64,000 bases of DNA. Source: a virus. Where the stretch lies: positions 32,001 through 96,000 of IMG/VR virus record IMGVR_UViG_3300037313_000284. One strand, 5' to 3'. The notes beneath the pieces are model-generated. The model saw only the letters and a list, made by a program, of their open reading frames with translations, ran no database searches and was not told where the DNA came from. The position numbers were made by a program, and so were the translations under genes. Shown here one piece after another: positions 48,410-57,620 of the stretch. Position 1 is the first letter of the stretch; each line of letters opens with the position of its first letter.

Positions 48410-49525
48410 CTATAAACTGACGCCGTTATCAAGTAAGCCGCCCAAGTTGCCGCGAGCTAGCATGAAGGCGGATGGCCGAATGTACGATCTACCATTATGA
48501 GCAAAGTTATTGTTCTGCCCACCGTAGCTAACCGTAACATGCAGATGGCCGATGGAAGAGCGAGAAAGCATCCCGCCTTTGATGCTGGTTAAGTTACTAT
48601 CTAACCAGTTGCCTAGTTCATCCATTTTGGTTTGGATGAATTGTGTCCTATCCACATTAACTTGGATCGATCCACCTTGGAAATCGAAGGTGCTAAGACC
48701 TTCGGCCAAGTAGAGGCGATTAAGCATTTCGTGGAGTGCTGCAACTCTAAGCGCATGCGTTAGGGGTTGCGGCATGGTGTCGGGGCTAAAGCTAGTCTGT
48801 TGAGGCGGATGGATATTAACCCGATCCATGCCTCGGTATAAGCAATCGATTAACTCCGTCTCGTGGAAACTGAAATGCCCTAACCAACGCGTCATCTGCG
48901 ATTGGTCGATGAACATTTTGAAGCTCGACAGCATGCTAGCCGTCTTCGTGGAGATAACAAACGCTTGGCGGTACTCGTGTTGCGGTACGCCACCGATTAG
49001 GTAACGCCAGTGCGCCACGTATTCGCCAACGCCAATAACTGGAACCTGCCATTCCACAGTAGCACGAATGCTACCGGGGCTTTCAGGAGTTTGCGTCGAA
49101 ACGCTATCCGTTACTGCGTTGGTAGACGCGATCTGCACGGTACCTGCTAGAGTTAGTACCTCGCACTGAATGTCAGTAGCGCCTAACGGCAGGTAGATTT
49201 CATCCATTAACGAGACGTTGACCACGCCAAAACCCGCAGGGGCAGGACGTTGTACACCTTCGTCATAGGACACGACTTGGAAGTCTTGTTCCGCCGTACC
49301 GTTAGAGTGCGTCCAAATCAGCTTGTAATAACCCGAAGTCGGGGTGCAAATCGGAGCAACTGCGGGAATGCTAAGAGTAGCACGCCACGTGTTGGCATCG
49401 ATCTTCACCGCCGCTGTAATCGGGATACTAAGTCCGTTGAAGTCTTTAGCTACGACCGTGACCGCATCTTCCGCAGGATCAAAATCGCGCTCGACTACCG
49501 TGTTACTGCCGGGGTAGAGGATCAT
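48410..49525 (-). CDS. Head-tail adaptor (neck) protein with N-terminal Ig-like domains
   Basis: ELIDCL.RGMD.VN.HP...L.RLYLAE....FDFQG.S..VNVDR. Confidence 0.6.
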   Translation of the reverse strand: MILYPGSNTVVERDFDPAEDAVTVVAKDFNGLSIPITAAVKIDANTWRATLSIPAVAPICTPTSGYYKLIWTHSNGTAEQDFQVVSYDEGVQRPAPAGFGVVNVSLMDEIYLPLGATDIQCEVLTLAGTVQIASTNAVTDSVSTQTPESPGSIRATVEWQVPVIGVGEYVAHWRYLIGGVPQHEYRQAFVISTKTASMLSSFKMFIDQSQMTRWLGHFSFHETELIDCLYRGMDRVNIHPPQQTSFSPDTMPQPLTHALRVAALHEMLNRLYLAEGLSTFDFQGGSIQVNVDRTQFIQTKMDELGNWLDSNLTSIKGGMLSRSSIGHLHVTVSYGGQNNNFAHNGRSYIRPSAFMLARGNLGGLLDNGVSL

Positions 49526-49884
49526 ACGACGCCTCCATTAGTAATGAACCCATGCCATAAACCACCGGCGCTTCCGTCAATAGAGGGCGTAACTGTTAAC
49601 GTAGCAAAATCTAGTGCGCCGTGGACCGTCCAAGCGCACTCCACTTTGCAACCTTGCACGTGACTGGTTTCTACCCCAGCCGCTCTTACTAATCCCATTT
49701 GACTATGCGGGCAATCCCAACGATCTTGGGTATAGCATTCGGGTTCCCGACATACTAAAAACTTGCGACCAGCTTCAAAGAAACAAGTCTGCCACCAATC
49801 AGGTTTAGTAGGGCTACGAAAAACAAAGCCAACTTTGCGTCCGTCTTCGATTAGCCACCTTGGGTCTAAATCGAGCAACCGCAT
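49522..49884 (-). CDS. DUF6527-like Cys/His-rich small protein
   Basis: MRLLDLDPRW...W...G..F..LT.TPSI......WHGFITNG. Confidence 0.55.
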   Translation of the reverse strand: MRLLDLDPRWLIEDGRKVGFVFRSPTKPDWWQTCFFEAGRKFLVCREPECYTQDRWDCPHSQMGLVRAAGVETSHVQGCKVECAWTVHGALDFATLTVTPSIDGSAGGLWHGFITNGGVV

Positions 49885-49885
49885 G

Positions 49886-51001
49886 TTACCACTTGCCTTC
49901 GAGAGCGAGGCTAACCTTAGAACCCAGCATGGCATTCGAAGGGAAGGTGACTTCGTAATAACCAGCCTTATTAAAGCGCACGCCACCGCCTAAGTCATCC
50001 GCCGAGTTGTTTTGGATGATTTGCAGAATGTAACGCGCCATGGTGGCTTTATTAATCACTTGCGGATTACACCGCAGCACGAGTTCGCCTTGCTCGCCAA
50101 TCGACATTGAGTCAATCGCGCCTTGGAGAATCTGCGCTTGTGTTTGGAAGTCGAACTTCTCGCTACCTTGCTTAGCCGGGCGACCAAGGAAAGTATTATA
50201 ACGATTGGTCTTATCACCAAAGGTCTGAGCAACGTGCGGGGCCGTGCTATCGTTACGAACCGCAACGCTCTTGCTAACGACGCTTGAGAAATAATCGATC
50301 AGCGCGGCGTCAGTCTGCTTAGTCCAGTGTCCGAGGTTACGACGCTTGCCGAGTTGAATGCTCGTACCAGCCGCATCGTGATAACTCGTATCCCAAACCG
50401 GGGGCAGGCGATCTTCCCACACGGACACTACAACTTCACCGCCGGTATCCAGCACCGTCTTAGCGCTAGACTTACATTCGACCGAGACGATGATGCTAAG
50501 CGTCATTTGCGCGAGACGATAGCTAATAACGTAGAGCGTTTGTTGTGCGCTCATTGCGAACTGCGTTTGGGTGGGTTCATCCTCTAGCAGTCCGTCGCGT
50601 TGCAGCGCCGTGGTGATCTTGAAGAAAGCGTTAGCCGGGTTATAAGTCGCCGAGCTAATCGGATCACCCGGATTAACCGGAGCGCAGAGTTCTAACAGCC
50701 GGTTAGCCGTTTCAAGAATGCTGTCACGGATATTAAGCACCGACGCGCGACTGCGCGATGCGATGTTCTCCGCCACCAAATGCGAATGCGCGACAACGGT
50801 ATCGTGCAATTGATTAGTGGTTTGCAAGCAGGCGCTAAGTTTGTCGAAGATTACCTTCTCCGACGTGACCGTAAGAGCGCGGCGATTCTTTCGCGCGCCT
50901 TGATTAATAACCGCATCAGCGCTAGCGATAGCGATTCGGGCGTCCGCTTCGGCAGCCCGAATACTACGAGTGACCGAGTCGAAAGTCTGTTTCGAGGACA
51001 T
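49886..51001 (-). CDS. Hypothetical head-associated protein
   Basis: Helical N-region with LETAN; TAATTT motif at 51070-51075 upstream. Confidence 0.55.
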   Translation of the reverse strand: MSSKQTFDSVTRSIRAAEADARIAIASADAVINQGARKNRRALTVTSEKVIFDKLSACLQTTNQLHDTVVAHSHLVAENIASRSRASVLNIRDSILETANRLLELCAPVNPGDPISSATYNPANAFFKITTALQRDGLLEDEPTQTQFAMSAQQTLYVISYRLAQMTLSIIVSVECKSSAKTVLDTGGEVVVSVWEDRLPPVWDTSYHDAAGTSIQLGKRRNLGHWTKQTDAALIDYFSSVVSKSVAVRNDSTAPHVAQTFGDKTNRYNTFLGRPAKQGSEKFDFQTQAQILQGAIDSMSIGEQGELVLRCNPQVINKATMARYILQIIQNNSADDLGGGVRFNKAGYYEVTFPSNAMLGSKVSLALEGKW

Positions 51002-51104
51002 TATTCTACAATCCCTATAGTGGCGCAAATAACGCCACCTAGTCCAACGGTGGCCGCGTATTCCCTAATAAATTACTGAAAATAGACATAGCTAATAAAC
51101 GAAA

Positions 51105-51177
51105 ATACCCTCACGTGTTAGGTGAGGGTATAGGATATAAAACAAAAACGCCACCCTTCAGCGAGAAAGGGTGGCGT
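51105..51177 (-). terminator. Two tandem terminator-like hairpins
   Basis: ataccctcac/gtgagggtat and acgccaccctt/aagggtggcgt, each followed by T-runs on minus strand. Confidence 0.65.
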
Positions 51178-51182
51178 CTTCG

Positions 51183-51405
51183 GAGGGTCTAACCGGCAAT
51201 TGCTTGGGAGAGAACGCGTACTGTGCGGGGGTTAGTACGCGGGGCGACTGTCCTAGCGATTGCCACCCTCTATGGCAACAAGAGTTAGTATGGGCTAGTC
51301 CACTTAAGCAGTGAACACACTAGCAAGGCTGTAACTAGCGTTGCGTGTCATCTAACTCGCCATTACCAACTAATAAATTAGTGGTTTAATGACACCTAAC
51401 TCTTG
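51183..51405 (-). ncRNA. Candidate structured small RNA(s)
   Basis: Nested stems gagggt/accctc, ggcaat/attgcc, cgcgtact/agtacgcg; caagagttag/ctaactcttg, ctagt/actag, gtgtcat/atgacac; no listed ORF. Confidence 0.55.
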
Positions 51406-51418
51406 GCCGTATTATTTA

Positions 51419-51526
51419 TCATACTCGACGTATAGTTCGTTTTCGTAGTCGGCGACGATCATTAGAATTTTTAGCTCGCCGTTCCGCGCGATTACGGGGA
51501 CCGGGATCAATGATTGAATTCGCCAT
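51419..51526 (-). CDS. 35-aa Arg-rich peptide (unlisted)
   Basis: MANSIIDPGPRNRAERRAKNSNDRRRLRKRTIRRV; GGAG RBS 8 nt upstream. Confidence 0.5.
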   Translation of the reverse strand: MANSIIDPGPRNRAERRAKNSNDRRRLRKRTIRRV

Positions 51527-51564
51527 GACTAGCACTCCGCTAGTGGAGGAAAGGGAGCAGACAT

Positions 51565-51723
51565 AGAAAAAGGGCCATCACGAAGTTACAAGACGCTAAC
51601 GCAATCCTGAGTCCGTGATGGCCCTTCTGTAACACATAGAAATTAGTCAGGTCGTCAGTCTAAACTTAAGCCTGAGCCTTAATGCGGTCCCCCTACGGTG
51701 AACCTACAGTCTTAGACCTGACT
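51565..51723 (-). ncRNA. Structured 3' region of H1-like gene plus hairpin sRNA candidate
   Basis: agtcaggtc/gacctgact multibranch; TAATTT motif 51640-51645; 13-bp stem aagggccatcacg/cgtgatggccctt ending in T-run. Confidence 0.45.
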
Positions 51724-51729
51724 TATTAA

Positions 51730-52293
51730 CTACATCGACTTGCGCTTACCAGCCTTTTTGGCGGGCTTCGCAGCTTTCTTGGCAGCCTTAGGAGCGGCCT
51801 TTTTAGCAGCAGGCTTAGCAGCCTTCTTAACCGAAGCCTTCTTTGCAGCGGGCTTCGCGGCGGCCTTCTTAGCCGGACGGCCAGCCTTCTTAGCGGCGGG
51901 CTTAGCAACGGCCTTCTTAGCAGCCTTGGGGGCGGCCTTCGCAGGTTTAGTAGCCTTCTTAGCCGGAGCCTTAGCAGCGGCCTTCTTCGACTTAGCGACC
52001 GACTTCTTCACGTTGCCGCGAATCGTCTTCCACTTAGCAAACGTGGTCGTTTGCATGCCCTTACCACCGGACGGACCGGGCTTCTTAGCCGGGCGACCTT
52101 GCTTGGTCTTACCGGTCTTATAACGGAGCAGCGCGGCCTTACGAATCTTGGCCTTGTGCTCGGCCGACATAGTGCGGCCCTTGGTCGACTTAGCAGCGGC
52201 GCGCTTACCAGCGGCAACAGCCTTCATGTCCTTCTTACGGGCTTTGCCCGTCTTCGGATCGATCTTCTCGTTCTTACCGAGTTTGCGAGCCAT
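51730..52293 (-). CDS. Histone H1-like (AAKK-repeat) DNA-binding protein
   Basis: KKAAAKPAAKKA repeats; MSAEHKAKI NUMOD3-like motif; AGGAG RBS. Confidence 0.85.
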   Translation of the reverse strand: MARKLGKNEKIDPKTGKARKKDMKAVAAGKRAAAKSTKGRTMSAEHKAKIRKAALLRYKTGKTKQGRPAKKPGPSGGKGMQTTTFAKWKTIRGNVKKSVAKSKKAAAKAPAKKATKPAKAAPKAAKKAVAKPAAKKAGRPAKKAAAKPAAKKASVKKAAKPAAKKAAPKAAKKAAKPAKKAGKRKSM

Positions 52294-52426
52294 AGCTCTT
52301 CTCCTGATAGGTGGTACTCAATTAGTATAAACCTTCGAAGCGTACTAAGTGCTACCACCTATGCGGAGGGTCAGTGATAACTTGCTTCGAATGACGCTAA
52401 TAAATTAGTAATATCGCGTAAGTTAT

Positions 52427-53071
52427 TTAGGCAGCCCACGTACCTTCAAGAGTCACGTCGAAAGTTTCGGCATTAGCCGGAACATAAGCGCCATTAACTT
52501 CGGCGATAGCATAGAAGTTATACGTGTCCGACGGGCTAAACGTAATAGCGCTACCAACAGCCGGAACGCCAGTACCCACCGCGTAAGCAGTGCCGCCGAA
52601 GAAAGCCGTTTGCGCGATATCAATACGACCAACAAGACCGGTAACCGAAGCCACGCCTAAGATACCAGCCGATTGTAATGCTGCGTTGTCCGCAACGCTT
52701 AGCACCGGCAGAGTATCAAACAGGTAGAGACGGAAAGCCGCGTTAGTAACGCTAGCCGCGCTCTTACGAATACGAGCGCGTTCAATACGCAGACCGCGAC
52801 CGGGAGCCGGATTAACAAACGAAAAGAAACCGCCAGCCGCAGAGGCCAAGGCGTCGCCTGCCGCGTACGCATTGGTATCAGTCGGACGCGTAAGCACATT
52901 CGATTTAATAGCAAACGCACTATCCGTGAACTGCGTAACGGTAATCGAGCCGTTGGCGATAAAACCCTTCACTTCGCCGGGCAGCACAGTGAACGTTGCA
53001 GCTTCCGAAGCGGCAAGGATAGCATTGCCGAGACGAATGTCGGAATTGGTCCTGTTGGTAACTAGATACAT
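52427..53071 (-). CDS. Virion protein with shared N-terminal module
   Basis: MYLVTNRTN...ILAASE...LPGEV; then TRPTDTNAYAAGD...FRLYLFD...Y.PA.AE.F domain; TAATTT at 53106-53111. Confidence 0.6.
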   Translation of the reverse strand: MYLVTNRTNSDIRLGNAILAASEAATFTVLPGEVKGFIANGSITVTQFTDSAFAIKSNVLTRPTDTNAYAAGDALASAAGGFFSFVNPAPGRGLRIERARIRKSAASVTNAAFRLYLFDTLPVLSVADNAALQSAGILGVASVTGLVGRIDIAQTAFFGGTAYAVGTGVPAVGSAITFSPSDTYNFYAIAEVNGAYVPANAETFDVTLEGTWAA

Positions 53072-53198
53072 TGGAATGATCCTATCTATGGGCGTTAGTA
53101 TTATTAAATTATCTATTTACGATTGCAGCGAGGGTATTCTTTTAGCGGTACCGGCGGCCGCTTAAAATCTTCACTAATAATTATTGCCGAATTATTTA

Positions 53199-53696
53199 TT
53201 ATTTCTTTTTACGCTTAACTTGCTTGCCAGTTTTAACATCTACTTTGATCGCGCGGGCCATACCGACTTTCGGCCGGTAGAAATGATGCTTCCCTTCAGT
53301 TCGATCAAACACAAATCTTCCGCCTTGAATACTAGGCTTAGGCTTTTTAACACCAGCAGATTTGGCGGTACTGAACTTAGCTTTAGCGTTAGATTTCTTT
53401 TTAGCAGCGTGATAAGCTTTCAAGCCTTCGCTAATAGCTTTACGGTGTGCAGCAGTCTTGACACTGCGTCCGTCTGGATTAGCTTTCGGTCCTCGTTTGA
53501 ATCGCTTCTCGTCTACCTTTGGCGCGGGCTTTGTTCCACGTTTAAACTTAGTAACAGGTTTAGGGGTTTTGAGCGGCTTCTTTTTCTTAGCAATGCGTCC
53601 TGGGCCACCAACTCTTTCAATGTTGCCGTTAGAACGCTTAATGATTTTTTCTTTCTTCCCCGTCCTGGGGTTAACTTTCGTAGTGACCTTAGCCAT
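53199..53696 (-). CDS. Lys-rich basic DNA-binding protein
   Basis: NPRTGKK and TAAHRKAISEGLK resemble DPKTGKA and SAEHKAKIRKA of the H1-like protein. Confidence 0.65.
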   Translation of the reverse strand: MAKVTTKVNPRTGKKEKIIKRSNGNIERVGGPGRIAKKKKPLKTPKPVTKFKRGTKPAPKVDEKRFKRGPKANPDGRSVKTAAHRKAISEGLKAYHAAKKKSNAKAKFSTAKSAGVKKPKPSIQGGRFVFDRTEGKHHFYRPKVGMARAIKVDVKTGKQVKRKKK

Positions 53697-54174
53697 GATC
53701 TTCGTCCATCATTTGCGCAAGCGCGCTAGCTGATAATAAAACTTCGCCGCGCTTAGCGGTGTCTTCACCTAGACGAGAAGCTTGATTAACTTCGTCACCC
53801 CACATGTCCTTATCGAATAGGATCGTGCGACCGTACCCGATACCGATAGAGCAAGGGAAATCCGAAGCTAGTTGCTTAGCCGCCGACACCGCGTCTTTCA
53901 CGTTAGGAAAGATCGCAAAGATATCGTCAGCTTCCATCTTTACTATCTCGCCGCCGTGCGTCTCTACGATAGGCTTACTGACAATTTGAAAGCGACGTAT
54001 TTGCAGCATAGCCGCGAATACGCCTTCGGTTTCTGTAATGCGACTAAACCCGCTCATGTCCGCAATGAACACGGCGACGTCTCTGCCGAATAACCGATCC
54101 ATATCCTCAGATATGTAAGGTTCGGTTTCCGGTCGCGCTAATACTAAATCAAGCAGGCGCGTAAGAAACATCAC
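53689..54174 (-). CDS. Class III nucleotidyl (adenylate-type) cyclase
   Basis: VAVFIADMSGFS; GGEIVKMEADD; SIGIGYG; DMWGDEVNQASRL. Confidence 0.85.
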   Translation of the reverse strand: MMFLTRLLDLVLARPETEPYISEDMDRLFGRDVAVFIADMSGFSRITETEGVFAAMLQIRRFQIVSKPIVETHGGEIVKMEADDIFAIFPNVKDAVSAAKQLASDFPCSIGIGYGRTILFDKDMWGDEVNQASRLGEDTAKRGEVLLSASALAQMMDEDHG

Positions 54175-55580
54175 CGCATTCCTTGAACAGGCTCAACGCC
54201 AGCACCAAACACTAACTGCTTGTTGCCTTTCACGTTGAACAAGGGATAGAGCATAGTTTCGGTTAGTGTAGGCTCCATAAGTTCGGTCATAACCGAGCAA
54301 GAGATAACTTGACCCCTAGCAGTTTCAACCGGTGTGACTGTGGTTACGCGCCACATCAATCTATACTTATTATCGCCTATTAACGAGTTGCGGTCAACTT
54401 TACCTACCTCAGGTGGTAAAGACACTTCAATACCATCACCTCGGATTGCAACGGAATGTCCAGCGGTTTGGTTGAAGTTAGTAACTTGTCCGCGCACCAC
54501 GTTGTGAATGAGAGTCACGTCAACGTGCGTCAAATCAATCGGGTAGTCCTTAGTGTTGGTAGCCCGAATGACTAATGTTTGCAGGTTGACTTGGCTAACG
54601 CTCGCGAGTTGCGCAATAGGTGCGTACGTCGTGCCGTCTAGCGAGTACGTAATAACTACGTCAGACGCGTGTCGGCCATCATAAGCCACGGCCCATGCAA
54701 ACTGGAAATAGTTAGGGCAGTTTAGCCCGCCCCATTCCACGTAGTCGTCAGGGTCCAGATGATAAACCGGAGGCATAACGCTTTCATCCGCGCCTAGCAT
54801 CGGAACCATAGTCGCGTTGACAGACGATAATACTAACCGGGTACCGCCTAATAGATCATAGCCGCCTAGCAAGCCCGTTCCGAAGCAGATTGGGCACGTC
54901 TGCGAACTGCCAATGACGTAAGCGTTGTCCGCAAGAATGCTATCGGGATTCCACGCGTCTTTTTCGTAGTCCGCTATTAACTCCTCACCGAATTCGTCGG
55001 AAGGGCTATCGGAATACTCGTGATCATATTCCCCTGCGTGGCGTCCATCGTGCATCGGACCTTCGTACGGACCAACCGAAAGAGAGTTAGTAGTGTAAGG
55101 GTCGGTGGTGCCACTAGTGGAAGTCTTCGGCGGAGGTACTTCATCGTCAAATACATCGGCTTCCGAAAAGTTATGATCAGCACGATAACTTTTGGTTTGC
55201 GCGAAGTGGTGGTCATCGGCGGACACGTCTCTAACACGAACGCGCAAGGTACTGCCTGCCGTGTCCAGATCGTCAGTGGTGTCTTCTGCTACGCCTAGCA
55301 CATGCGAATTACTAGACGGCGTTTCCGCCACGTGATCGCTAGGCTCAGTTTCGCAACCGCAACGAACACCGAATTTCTTAGGGGAGAAAACGAACAACTG
55401 CGTAGCGTCAATCGAAATCGCTTCCGCAATACGACGCGATGCAGCAGACGTTAATAAATCGATACGGTCCTGTGCGGCGTGCGCTATACCAGCATTAGGC
55501 GGCACAATTCCATGCACTCGACCGGGCGAACCGGCGTGTTGCCCTGGTACGGACCGAGTGCCGAATCTGAAACGGGTCAT
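54171..55580 (-). CDS. Head closure / neck protein with Zn-finger
   Basis: GVRCGC ... CPICFGTGLLGGY; TAATTT at 55614-55619 upstream. Confidence 0.55.
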   Translation of the reverse strand: MTRFRFGTRSVPGQHAGSPGRVHGIVPPNAGIAHAAQDRIDLLTSAASRRIAEAISIDATQLFVFSPKKFGVRCGCETEPSDHVAETPSSNSHVLGVAEDTTDDLDTAGSTLRVRVRDVSADDHHFAQTKSYRADHNFSEADVFDDEVPPPKTSTSGTTDPYTTNSLSVGPYEGPMHDGRHAGEYDHEYSDSPSDEFGEELIADYEKDAWNPDSILADNAYVIGSSQTCPICFGTGLLGGYDLLGGTRLVLSSVNATMVPMLGADESVMPPVYHLDPDDYVEWGGLNCPNYFQFAWAVAYDGRHASDVVITYSLDGTTYAPIAQLASVSQVNLQTLVIRATNTKDYPIDLTHVDVTLIHNVVRGQVTNFNQTAGHSVAIRGDGIEVSLPPEVGKVDRNSLIGDNKYRLMWRVTTVTPVETARGQVISCSVMTELMEPTLTETMLYPLFNVKGNKQLVFGAGVEPVQGMR

Positions 55581-55652
55581 GAGGCTGCTCGGGTTAATTT
55601 ATTAGCTGAAGTTAAATTAGCTGCTATCCAGTTAGTGTAGTAGCTCCGCGTA

Positions 55653-56285
55653 ATGGAGATAGCAGTGTCTATCGGATATGAGTTGCCGTTATTCCCGCTT
55701 CAAGCGAAGGCTCACAACAAGGTTATTTACCGATTAGGTGAAGGTGAACCTAGCATTATATGGGCGGGTCGGCAGGCCGGTAAAACGGAAATCTGTCGGC
55801 GTGTTTCACATGCGTTTGAAGCCGCACACCAAGTCGGCATCAGTTATTCACCGGAACATTTCGAAGACTTTTTAATCGAAGACTATGACCACTTCCATCC
55901 GGCGGAAGTGACATTGGAATTCGGGGCAGAGCTAGAGCCGATTTGGGAAGCATTAACTCCGCAAACGGTCGTGTTCATTGATAACCTATTTGAACTGCCA
56001 TTCGCGGAAGAGTTGTTTTATCGAATAGCGCACGTCACGCCGCATATAGTCGCTATGACCAGCATAGGCATTGAAGACTCCGGTTGGGACGTTAGTAAAA
56101 CTATAGCCTACATGATTGGTCCGTACGCCACTTGGGAAATGAACCCGATGATGGATCAAGAGGCGCTTAGAGAATCGCGGTCGATGACACCCGGTGATCG
56201 TCGTAAGTTCAATGATGAATTATTAGCTTGCGTGAACACGAAGTACATGTGGAAGGATTGGGCATGCAAAACTTCCAAAAGCTAA
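55653..56285 (+). CDS. P-loop protein resembling a truncated terminase ATPase domain
   Basis: PLQ..., IIWAGRQAGKTE Walker A, VVFID Walker B-like; 210 aa only. Confidence 0.55.
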   Translation: MEIAVSIGYELPLFPLQAKAHNKVIYRLGEGEPSIIWAGRQAGKTEICRRVSHAFEAAHQVGISYSPEHFEDFLIEDYDHFHPAEVTLEFGAELEPIWEALTPQTVVFIDNLFELPFAEELFYRIAHVTPHIVAMTSIGIEDSGWDVSKTIAYMIGPYATWEMNPMMDQEALRESRSMTPGDRRKFNDELLACVNTKYMWKDWACKTSKS

Positions 56286-56572
56286 CTATCGAAGAATTAG
56301 TGGTGTTGCGTAAGGCTTGTCATGATCGGCCATTTGCCGGAGATATGTTAATCGGCGACACGTTCATGCCGCAAGAGTTTCACGGGACTGCTAGCGAATT
56401 CGATATCTTGAATAAACTAGCGGACTACTATCTGATTGATTACCACGACGAAGGTTGGTTCGGAACTGACAAAGGTTACGAACTGTTAGATTATTATCGC
56501 CCATGTCTCGGCAATTACGGATTAGCCGGACCGACACCAGGGCAATTGAAAGCATTTATATATGGCACATGA
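56264..56572 (+). CDS. Hypothetical winged-helix-like protein
   Basis: L.KL....LI......W..T.KG pattern; AAGGA RBS. Confidence 0.45.
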   Translation: MQNFQKLTIEELVVLRKACHDRPFAGDMLIGDTFMPQEFHGTASEFDILNKLADYYLIDYHDEGWFGTDKGYELLDYYRPCLGNYGLAGPTPGQLKAFIYGT

Positions 56573-57260
56573 AATTTGGCTGGGGGCTGATCCTGGAACT
56601 GCTCACTTCGCTGTTACTGTAATCCGATATTGTACGGAAACCCGGCGCAAGAAAGTGCTGTACGTCGGCATGATCGAAAACCCGATCAAGAACCTGACAG
56701 AAACCGCAGTTACTATGAAGCGTCGTAAAAAGAAAAACGGCGTAGCACAACCGCATATCGATAAGGATGAACCGCGTCTGTCTATTGCGGTGAAGCTGTT
56801 CACTGACGAGATTGATTGGCTACTAACTACGTATAAGGTCACGCACTTCGTAGGCGAGCGTTTCCAAGCGCGCGGGCGCATGATGGGTGATACCATCGAG
56901 GCCGTAAGCACGATGATGGGGATTATTATCGCCATGTGTCAACGGCGTCGTATTAAATTCCTGACCACCATTGCAGGGGTCTGGAAAGGCGCCATCGCAC
57001 GGCAACGCTGTGACTTGCCAAAGCTCTACGCAAATGGTATTATTATATATCAAAAAGCGTTGGCAGAAGCAGGCTTCAAAGCAACGCAAGGTGAGGCTAG
57101 TGATATCGTTCATATGATCGATAGTTCGTTAATAGCCTTGTGGCATGCAGATCGAGAACAAGTATGGGCGAACAGTTCACTCTTACGCGTACTAACAGAG
57201 CGCTTGCTTCGTCAAGCAAGCGCAGGCGAGTCATCATCCGAGCGGCTGAACGAATCGTAG
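56562..57260 (+). CDS. RuvC-like Holliday junction resolvase
   Basis: LGADPGTAHFA; VGERF; WK; HMIDS catalytic acidic motifs. Confidence 0.8.
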   Translation: MAHEIWLGADPGTAHFAVTVIRYCTETRRKKVLYVGMIENPIKNLTETAVTMKRRKKKNGVAQPHIDKDEPRLSIAVKLFTDEIDWLLTTYKVTHFVGERFQARGRMMGDTIEAVSTMMGIIIAMCQRRRIKFLTTIAGVWKGAIARQRCDLPKLYANGIIIYQKALAEAGFKATQGEASDIVHMIDSSLIALWHADREQVWANSSLLRVLTERLLRQASAGESSSERLNES

Positions 57261-57619
57261 CCGCCAGCAAGATCACTACGTGTGCAATGGCCCCGGAACT
57301 AAGCTACAAGGGGTCAGCTTGTCCGGTTATTAATTGCTACATGCGCAACGAACAAAACGGAGCCTGCACCGCAGCCGAAGAGGCTAAAGCGAGTAGCAAG
57401 CTAATGCGTGAAGCAATGACGATTGTCGAAATCATCTATGCGACGCGTGAAGCCCCGGAGTGGGCCAAGTTTACTATGGTCACCACCCTCAATGAGAAGC
57501 ACGAACGCTTTATTAAAGAGGCTGATCTAGACGCGGGTAAGCTGCAATACGTGCTAGATCAAAATCCCCTTTACGCGACTACACTGCTTAGTGTGTTCAA
57601 ATCGCAAGCGGAGGAATAA
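57140..57619 (+). CDS. Hypothetical Cys-containing protein (start uncertain)
   Basis: C...CPVINC...C; fills gap in + strand block. Confidence 0.45.
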   Translation: MACRSRTSMGEQFTLTRTNRALASSSKRRRVIIRAAERIVAASKITTCAMAPELSYKGSACPVINCYMRNEQNGACTAAEEAKASSKLMREAMTIVEIIYATREAPEWAKFTMVTTLNEKHERFIKEADLDAGKLQYVLDQNPLYATTLLSVFKSQAEE

Positions 57620-57620
57620 C

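Noticed and set aside
51100-51725. tRNA, tmRNA or CRISPR array in the long intergenic region
   Set aside because: No cloverleaf with TPsiC/CCA signature, tag reading frame or regularly spaced direct repeats seen
56562-57260. ETA occurrences in the RuvC-like protein (and VETARG in the neck protein) as cleavage sites
   Set aside because: Not at evident domain boundaries; a three-residue motif occurs by chance, so these were not counted as support
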